Of a DNA stretch of 64,000 nt, positions 55,148 to 64,000 are shown in pieces; position 1 is the first letter of the stretch; the number at the start of each line of letters is the position of its first letter. A program made the position numbers and the translations under genes. The notes beneath the pieces are model-generated. The model ran no database searches and was not told the DNA's origin. It worked only from the letters and a program-made list of their open reading frames with translations. The stretch covers positions 143,344,001 through 143,408,000 of the forward strand of contig OX597817.1 in NCBI GenBank assembly GCA_951406725.2, in the 5' to 3' direction. The DNA is from Octopus vulgaris. Taxonomy: Eukaryota.

Positions 55148-56289
55148 TAATAACAACAACAACAACAACTATAAAAATAACAACAACAAGAATTACCATA
55201 AAGTTGCGCTTGTCTTTTACTTTACTACATTCATTCATTGTCTTTTCAGAAATGAAAAATAAAATAAAAAATAAACAGTCACTTTGTTTCTATGAATTCA
55301 CAAATTGGTGATATTTTTTCAATAACAAAAATAACAAATATATAATATACAACAAAAATAATAAAAACACCGTCTTCAAAAGACAGAAAGGACAATTACC
55401 CTTCCAATGTCTCAATGTGTGGAAAGATGGACTAGGTCTTGGAGGTTGTTTCCTGTTCTAAGCTTCCCAAACTGAATTGATAATTGCTTGATTAATTAAT
55501 ATTACAGATAATTAACCCATAGGTAAAATAATTATTTAAAATTTTGGCACAAGGCCAGCAATTGTAAGAGGAAGGGTCAGTCAATTACATCGACCCCAGT
55601 GTCCAACAGGTACTTATTTTTACTGACCCCAGAAGGATGAAAGGCAAAGTTGACCTCAGCAGAATCTGAACTCAGAACACGAGTCACCTTATCCTTAGAT
55701 AGAATAAGAAATCTTTCTAATATAGGCACAAAACCAGAAATTTTAGGGACAAGGAAGAGTTAGTCAATTAAATTGTTCCCCATTACTAAATTGGTTATTT
55801 TTATTTTATTTGACCATGGAGGGATAAAAGCAAAGCTGACCTTGGCAGGGTTTGAACCCAGGATGTAAGAGCTGGAAGAAATACTGCAAGGCATTTTGTC
55901 TGATGCTTTACCATTTCTGCTATATAAATAATTTCTGGGCACAAACAAAAAAAAAACCTTCTGAGGATTGGGAAAAAGATAGATACAAAGCCCCCCTCGC
56001 CACCCTCCTGTTCTTCAAACATAGGGCTAAGTTGCTATGGCAGGGCTTGAAATCAATGTTAAAGAGGAGTAACTTCAATGCATTTGCCCATTGCTCCACC
56101 GATTCAACTTTCAACTGCCTCACTCGTCTGCATTGCCCTATCGTTGCACAATTAACAGTGATGACACAAATATCTGAATTCCGTTTTCTTGATGTAAAAA
56201 AAAACAAAGTAAAACCATCACATAGGATACCTAGGAATCAATAGACTGAAATAATAATAATAATAATAATAATGATTTCAAATTTTAGC

Positions 56290-57000
56290 CACAAGGGCAC
56301 TTATTTTATCAACCCCGGAAGGATGAAAGGTAAAGTCAACCTCAGCGGAATTTGAACTCAGAACGTAAAGACAGACGAAATACCACTAAGCATTTCACCC
56401 GGCGTGCTAACGTTTCTGCCAGCTTGCTGCTTTAATAATAATAATTTTTTCTACTCTAGGCACAAGGCCCTAAATTTTGGGGGAGGGGGTCAGTCAATTA
56501 GATTGACCCCAGTGTGCAACTGGTACTTAGTATATCGACCCCAAAATAACGAAAGGCAAAGTCGACCTTGGTAGAATTTGAACACAGGACGTAAAGACAG
56601 ACGAAATACCGCTAAGCATTTCGCCTGGTGTGCTAACGTTTCTGCCAGCTTGCTGCTTTAATAATAATAATAATAATAATCTTTTCTACTCTAGGCACAA
56701 GGCCCAAAATTTTGGGGGAAGGGGGCCAGTCAATTAGATGAACCCCAGTGTGCAACTGGTACTTAGTATATCAACCCTAAAATCCTTTCTACTGTAAGCA
56801 CAAGGCCTAAAATTTGGAGAAGAGGGATAGTCGATTACATCGACCCCAGTACTCAACTGGTACTTAATTCATTGACCTCAAAAGGATGAAAGGCAAAGTT
56901 GACCTCGGTGGAATTTGAATTCAGAAAGACAGACAAAATACCGCAAAGCATTTCATTTTGCCCGGCATGCTACTGTTTCTGCCACCTTTATATATAATAA
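56290..57000 (-). mobile_element. Cluster of SINE A copies with (TAA) tails
   Basis: Reverse-complement family A matches. Confidence 0.8.
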
Positions 57001-57257
57001 TAACAATACTTTCTACTATAGGCAGAAGGTCTGAAATTTTTGGAGTGGGGTCAAGTCAATTACATTTCTCCCCCACCCCAGTATTCAACTGGTACTTCTT
57101 TCATCAACCCCAAAAGCATAGAAGGCAAATTCAATCTCAGTGGCAATTGAACTACAAACATAAAGAGGCAGAAGGAATGCAACTAAGCATTTTGTCTGAA
57201 ACACTGACAATTATTATTATTGTTATATAAAGGATTGAGGTAACTCCTCCAGAAGAT

Positions 57258-57374
57258 ATAGAGTCAAAATTAAAAGAAGAGTGCCATTGTCATCTAGTGA
57301 CCTGTTGAAGACACACAAGATGTCGAAATATCGTTCACTAGATGACATTGGCACTCTTTTAATTTTGACCCTAT
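57258..57374 (+). ncRNA. HHR-like core capping a ~43 bp hairpin
   Basis: ...gtcatctagtgac CTGTTGA a gaca-cacaaga-tgtc GAAA ta TC gttcactagatgac... Confidence 0.6.
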
Positions 57375-58311
57375 TATAATTATTCCTGGTCTAGGGGTTT
57401 ATATGTGACATCAGAAACACAAAACAAATTAAAAACAAAAACAAAAAAACAGAGTCTGACAAAATTAATGATGTTTGTACCAGAAAATAAATGATGAATA
57501 TAATGTATAATTAAAACAAAGTTCATTTGTGGTTAGGAAAGGCTAGTTCTGACATTTGGGGCAGGACCTTTCCTTGAATAATAAAAAAAAAATTTTTTTA
57601 ATGACAAGTCTATTTGAACTCCTCCTGTCTGCACACAAACTATTTTTCATTTCATAACATAACATAAATGTTGGTATTTGTAAGTAACTGGCTAACCTGA
57701 TTACTTCCCTTGTTTAAGTCCATCTGTTGGTGACACAGAGATTCATTGCTTTTATGAAAATGTATATGGATCTTAACATATATATATATATATATAAATA
57801 TGGCTTCACTTAACAAGCAAAGGACTCACTCACTGTGTGATGATAATGTTTCACTTAACAATACTATTGAACGTGTGTGCATAGGTGTGTGTATCAGTGT
57901 ATATACATACACCCACGTTCTAAAGCAATTGTATATGTTTGTATATGTATGCATGTTTGAGTGCGTATGTGTATGTGTACACACATTTATTCAAAAGCAA
58001 TTGTGTGTGTGCATGCATATAGATAGATAGATAGATAGACAGATAGATAGATAGATAGACATGCATGTGTACTGGAACATAACTGTATGACTGTGTGTAT
58101 GACAAGACTTTTAGGCTAAACAAATTATATTTTGTTGGACACTTGGTTTTAAATTAAACTTTTGACACTCCAAGCTCTACCTTGGAGTTCTTCATTCAAA
58201 GTGGGCCCAATTATGTTTCTTGAAACTTTGTCACTTCTAAGAATGAATATATATATATTCATATACATATATATCTGTAAATATATTATGTGACAATTAT
58301 TCGGTAGCCAT

Positions 58312-58372
58312 GATAAAACTCAAAGTTTCGTATGTTGGGGTGGAAACCCACGCTGCCATCTTTTCAGTTATC
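58312..58372 (-). ncRNA. Degenerate HHR-like motif
   Basis: gataa CTGAAAA ...long stem II... GAAAC tttga GTT ttatc. Confidence 0.4.
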
Positions 58373-58476
58373 CGGCCATCAAAAAAGTGCCCATATATAT
58401 ATATATATGTTTAAAAAAGAAGCCAACAAAGCCAAGGCTGTGTGGAATTTTCAGGACTTTTATAAAGAGAAAGTCA

Positions 58477-58524
58477 GTCTTACAGCTGTTTCTGGTATAT
58501 TAGGGACATCCCTTCATCAGAGAC
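58477..58524 (-). ncRNA. Minimal type-I HHR with canonical core
   Basis: gtct CTGATGA aggga... GAAACAGCTGTA agac; palindromic ACAGCTGT; GUA site; stem II imperfect. Confidence 0.65.
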
Positions 58525-58812
58525 GATGTGAGATGGTTAAATAGAGGGAAATATATATATATATATATATATACACAGCCCAGATCTTATCTACTCCATT
58601 CCTTAACTCTTGTATTCTTATTTGCACACCCAGCAACCCTGGTCGTCTACTGTGAAATATAAAATCAACTTTTTTCAGTTTATAGTACTTTGATACAAAA
58701 AATATCCACAACCTTCCGTCTCAGTAAACCAATATTGTCCCTGAAAGTTGTTTTTAATATTTACTACAGATTGCTTGAGGCTAACTTTCTTCCTACACCT
58801 CAATCCTTGGAT

Positions 58813-58852
<40 letters not shown>

Positions 58853-59119
58853 CACACACAGAGACTATATTTGTGGGTTAACAAAGCTACCAATGGTTTT
58901 ATGTAAGAGATTCTTTACAATTGTTGAAGTATACCACATGGGGAACATTGGTGCTCATACCAACAGCCCCATGTTTGGAGAACTCATTATCATTGTTTGA
59001 TATTAGCATATCAGTATTATTGCAACATCTACTTTTCCATACTGGCTGAGGTCAGATGAGAATATGTTGGGGCAAAGTTTTCTATGCCAGATGCTCTTCC
59101 TGATGCCAACCATATCTTT

Positions 59120-59525
59120 TTCCTTTTATTCTTTTGTTTTAGTCATTTGACTGCAGCCATGCTGGAGCACCACCTTTAGTCAAAGAAATTGACCCCAGGA
59201 TTTATTCTTTTCAAGTCTAGTACTTATTCTATCAGTCTCTTTTGCTGAACTGCTAAGTTTCAGGGACATAAACATACCAACATTGGTTGTCAAGTGATGG
59301 CAAGGGGACAAACAGACACAATATATATATATCATCATCATCGTTTAACGTCCGCTTTCCATATACACGACAGGTTTCTTTCAGTTTCCATCTACCAAAT
59401 CCACTCACAAGGCTTTGGTCAGCTCAAGGCTATAGTAGAAGACACTTGCCCAAGGTGCCACATAGTGGGACTGAACCTGGAACCATGTGGTTGGGAAGCA
59501 AGCTTCTTACCACACAGCCACACTT
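59120..59525 (-). mobile_element. SINE family B
   Basis: Reverse-complement match, CpG-decayed. Confidence 0.8.
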
Positions 59526-61273
59526 GTGCCTGAGCTGTGTCTGTTTGATTCCTTGAGAGATTATTTCTATACTTGGAAACAAGTGAAGTGGCGAACCAGA
59601 AACAAACAAAACTGTTTGAACAGGTCTTTTCTTGACAAAAATCTCACAATATGTCAAGTCATGTCAAGAATCCCAGCCATGCTTTCATAGTAGACTGAAA
59701 GCAGCCAACACCAACACAGTTAACAAGCAATAAATACATTTGAAAATGAGAGAGAATAAAAAAACTAACCCCCACACACATATATGGGGTTGAGAAGTGA
59801 AACCAGTGCCTATGAACTTCTTAACCACACCTCACAACCATACCTGCAAAGCAGTATTTAGTGATGCAATGGAACTTACACCAGCGTGGACATAACTATC
59901 AAATAGAAGGTTTCTTAAGATAATTACCCTGTTCTTAGTTTGTCTGATGATGCAAGAAGTCTGAGTAAATTTTGGTGCAGAGATGAAGCTAAACGTAACA
60001 TGAGGAAACTGGGGGGTGACACTTGCACCTAAGCCACAGCAATTGGGAACAGAATGCAGAGGTGGTTGTTTTATGTCTGATACTACTGTTAGTATAGTGA
60101 AGTGGTTGGCAATAAGGAAGGGCATCTAACTACAGAATCTGTGAGAAAAATGAAACATACGAGTGATGTGTGGATCCCTGACTCATCTAGGAGGGCCAGA
60201 ACTCTGAATAAGAATCGGTTCAGATTGTGATGCCCTCTCCAATCCATGCCAGCAAGGAAAGTAGATATAACAATGATGAGGGCTACAACTCACAAGTCAT
60301 TGCTTGAGGGAATGAGATATTTGGGCACAGCTGTTGGGCGCTGACAATTTGGCATGGCTAACTGGATATTCAGTCTGTTTTGATGACACTATGTTTTGAG
60401 TGTTGGTAGCAAACTCATACACATATGCACACGCACACAGAAATATACACATACAGATAGGGAGAGAGTAGGAGAGAGAGGGGGGACATTGCAATTTATT
60501 AATTGAACACAACTGATGTAAATATTTTTCTTCTCTTCAGACACATAAAGAGAAACATACTTACACACTTATTCAGAGAGAGGAGGAGGGGTAAGGGAAA
60601 GAATAGGGAAAATATTAGCTGTATCTGATGACAAATAAGTCAGCGTTGAATCAGCAGTTTTAAAATGGCAGCACCAAAACAGCTGTGCCAAACCGTCTCA
60701 TAACCATTCTTTGACTATCAACAGACTACCTATAACAAAGAAGAGTTAAACATCAAGAACTGTGTATAGGTGTGTACTTCAAACTATAAGGTGGCAAAAA
60801 GTGGTAAATTTGTTCAAGAGTCAGTAGAACATAGGACAGGAATGCCTTGTAGTATTTATCTTGAATACCCAAGTTCAAATCCCACTAAAGTCAACTCCAC
60901 TTTTCCATTTTATTTTTTCAGGGATGATAAACAAAATACCATTCCAAGGCAATATATTGGCAGAACTGGTAGAGCATCAGATACGGAATCTGTTCCAGCA
61001 ACCTCGGAGACAATATACATACTGTATTTTCTCTTGGGAAACCTTGCTAGTACAGCAAGTGAAGGTTTGCATGCATTTGCAACAGCTAGTCTTAAATGGT
61101 GGGGGAGGGGGATCTTGCTCTGACCTGCACCTTGGACGGTAACTTTCCAGCTGCAGGGGTATTCATAGCAAATATAAGAGACCACAAAGTCCATTGAAAT
61201 TATCAACAAAACTCCACCTTCTGGGCATTTTTCTGGTGTTCATTTATCATAAAGATAGATGCACACACGTACA

Positions 61274-61311
<38 letters not shown>

Positions 61312-61460
61312 CTATACATACCCATGCACCTTATATATTCATATATAATTACACACACACATCCGTGGTCAAGGATTGGATCTCACAACCATTTCTGAAG
61401 TTGCTCTACCTCCTCCTCCTAATCTGTAGCTCCATATTGTATGTATGTAGAACTGAAAAG

Positions 61461-61461
<1 letters not shown>

Positions 61462-61499
<38 letters not shown>

Positions 61500-61999
61500 C
61501 ATATATACATACACACATATATATATATATACACATATATATATACATACATACATATATATACACATATATATATACATACATACATATATATACACAT
61601 ATATATATACATACATACATATATATACACATATATATATACATACATACATATATATACACATACATATATACATACATATACACATACATACATATAT
61701 ATACACATACATATATACATACATACATATATATACACATACATATATATACACATACATATACATACATATATATACACATATATATATATACAAACAT
61801 ACATACACATATATATTCATACATACATACATATACATATATATTCATACGTACTACATACAGATACACATACATACCATATACATACATATACACACTA
61901 CATACATATACATACACACATATATATATACATACATACTACATATATATACATACATACTACATATATATACATACATACTACATATATATACATACA

Positions 62000-62036
<37 letters not shown>
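61462..62036. repeat. TA/CA low-complexity tract
   Basis: Mixed (TA)n and (CATA)n. Confidence 0.95.
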
Positions 62037-62037
<1 letters not shown>

Positions 62038-63208
62038 GCGCGCACACGCACACAAACACACACATACTTATAAACAAAACTATAATGGAAAGACTTTAAA
62101 GTAAAGACTATTTGCCAACAAAATGTGGCTGTCCTGGACTTTCAAAGAACTATGAAGTTCTTTATAGCATTCATTTAAATCAGCAGTTTGTGATTTGTGA
62201 GAAACTTGGCTGCTATTTTCAGCAGATAGAGTAAGCATTGTATAAGCTGCCTATTGAACAAAATTGTCACTAAACAGTTCTCTCTCTCTTGCTCTGTTTA
62301 TGTTTTACAGTTTCATATCTTCAAACAAAAAACTGAGCCAAGGGGTAACTTTTATTCATCACTACAAGAACAGACTGTGTTTAGAGACTTTGAGACAGTG
62401 TTTAGAGCAATTTTGGCTACTTCGTTATGGAGAGTTAACAAAGGAAAAGTTTTCCAAGACACGTATATGTACATATCAAAACATAATCACAAGGGTTTAG
62501 TCAGTCTGGGGTAAAAGAGAAGACACTTGCCCAAGGCACCATACAGTAGGACTGAATTGGAAACCATGTGGTTGGAAAGCAAATTCCTTATCCAGACAGC
62601 CACACCCATCTCTATATGTGTGTGTGTGTATATTATAGATAGAGATATATATAATATAATATATTTATATATTTTAGATAGATAGAGATATATATAATGT
62701 ATATATACATTAAAGATAGATAGAGATATAATATATATATATTTACACATATAGATAGATATATATGTGTGTGTGTATATATATATAAAATATCAGTGAA
62801 TGAGTCTTTAATTGACAAAATGATGCTACCAAAGAACAATATTATGTGCAGGTGTATATAAGTTGTCATTCAACATTGTTCATCGTGAGAAACAAATTGT
62901 TTGCACCTGTTATTTGTTGCACCTTTATGGTTATTTTAATTTCAGAACCACACAATCAAGTTTTACCAGCGCTTGTACTGAAAATGCCATAAAATGTAAC
63001 TTAATGTCAAAAGAAATTATGACATTTGGTATAATGGTACATGTATGTGTGTATATATAATTACAGATATATACACACACACAAACTTATATATATATAT
63101 ATATATATATACATATATAAATAAGGATAAGATCGTTAATTTAAAAATAAAATAACGATTTTATCAAGTGGTCAGCATGGAAAAAATAACCTTCAAAGGT
63201 AATAATTA

Positions 63209-63415
63209 TTAAAATTATAAATTAGGATGTCTACGAGATACCACCATGCTGAAAATAGCAGCCGTGATCTGACTTTAAAACCACCTAAATTGTCCATATA
63301 TCCATCTTGTCTCTTTGTTTTCTCTCCGTGTTGATCTATGGACAATTTAGGTGGTTTTAAAGTCAGATCATGGCTGCTATTTTCAGCATGGTGGTATCTT
63401 GTAGATACCCTAATT

Positions 63416-63425
<10 letters not shown>
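63209..63425. mobile_element. Near-perfect fold-back with ~90 bp arms
   Basis: 63209-63298 is the reverse complement of 63333-63425. Confidence 0.8.
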
Positions 63426-63450
<25 letters not shown>

Positions 63451-63517
63451 GAACAGGAAGAATGTTCAGAGCACATGACCAATACAACATGCTTGAATAA
63501 CTTGACAGCAACTGTAA

Positions 63518-63557
<40 letters not shown>

Positions 63558-64000
63558 TAAGTATGATTTCATTTGAAATATTTTTACACTTTATTTGGAA
63601 TGGAGAAGGAGGTCTGGTGTATATTTTTTTTCTTAGTTTTCTTTTAGCTTTATAACTTAAAATGAAAGATTATTCAACACTAATTCAAAAACATGCCACT
63701 TTATCTTATTTACATATTCATTATTCCCTTTAAAATATTTTATTTCCTTAGGCAATAATAATAATAATAAATTATTATTATTATTATTATTTTGGTTCTC
63801 CTGCCCCTTAATCAATAACAATGAGTGAAGAGAGACCATTTTGGGTACGGCAAGTCTGAGGGTGAGCCATTGATATATTTTATTTTCACTTATTGAACCC
63901 ACTTCAGCAGCATAGCTAAAAGGGTATGTGCCACCCTGGGCTGCCCTTTGAGTTTGCACCACTCCCTCCCTTTTCCCCATCCCCACTCACCCAATACACC

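Overview
Eukaryotic, AT-rich, microsatellite-dense DNA. The repeat content (tRNA-derived SINEs with Meta- and CORE-like central domains, R4/Dong, Tx1, CR1 and RTE LINE fragments, Penelope-like elements, Tc1/mariner, Helentron-type elements) looks like a coleoid cephalopod, probably Octopus; this is inferred, not verified. Most ORFs in the supplied track are microsatellite artefacts. The only well-supported host coding sequence is two phase-compatible minus-strand exons (23942-23188 and 7154-6846) of an unrecognised low-complexity protein. Highlights: (1) about ten minimal type-I hammerhead-ribozyme (HHR) motifs or remnants, several inside fold-back elements, including a pair with a G3:C8-swapped core; (2) a tRNA-Arg-like head followed by an HHR in the 3' end of a Penelope element; (3) a SINE subfamily whose 3' tail always abuts one of two fixed sites in the head of its own family, with an empty-site paralogue in the window; (4) an R4/Dong-like LINE family associated with (CATA)n rather than (TAA)n; (5) an unidentified ~1.7 kb decayed intronless coding tract; (6) a change in CpG decay near 42-44 kb. 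All alignments and folds were done by eye, and repeat boundaries are approximate.
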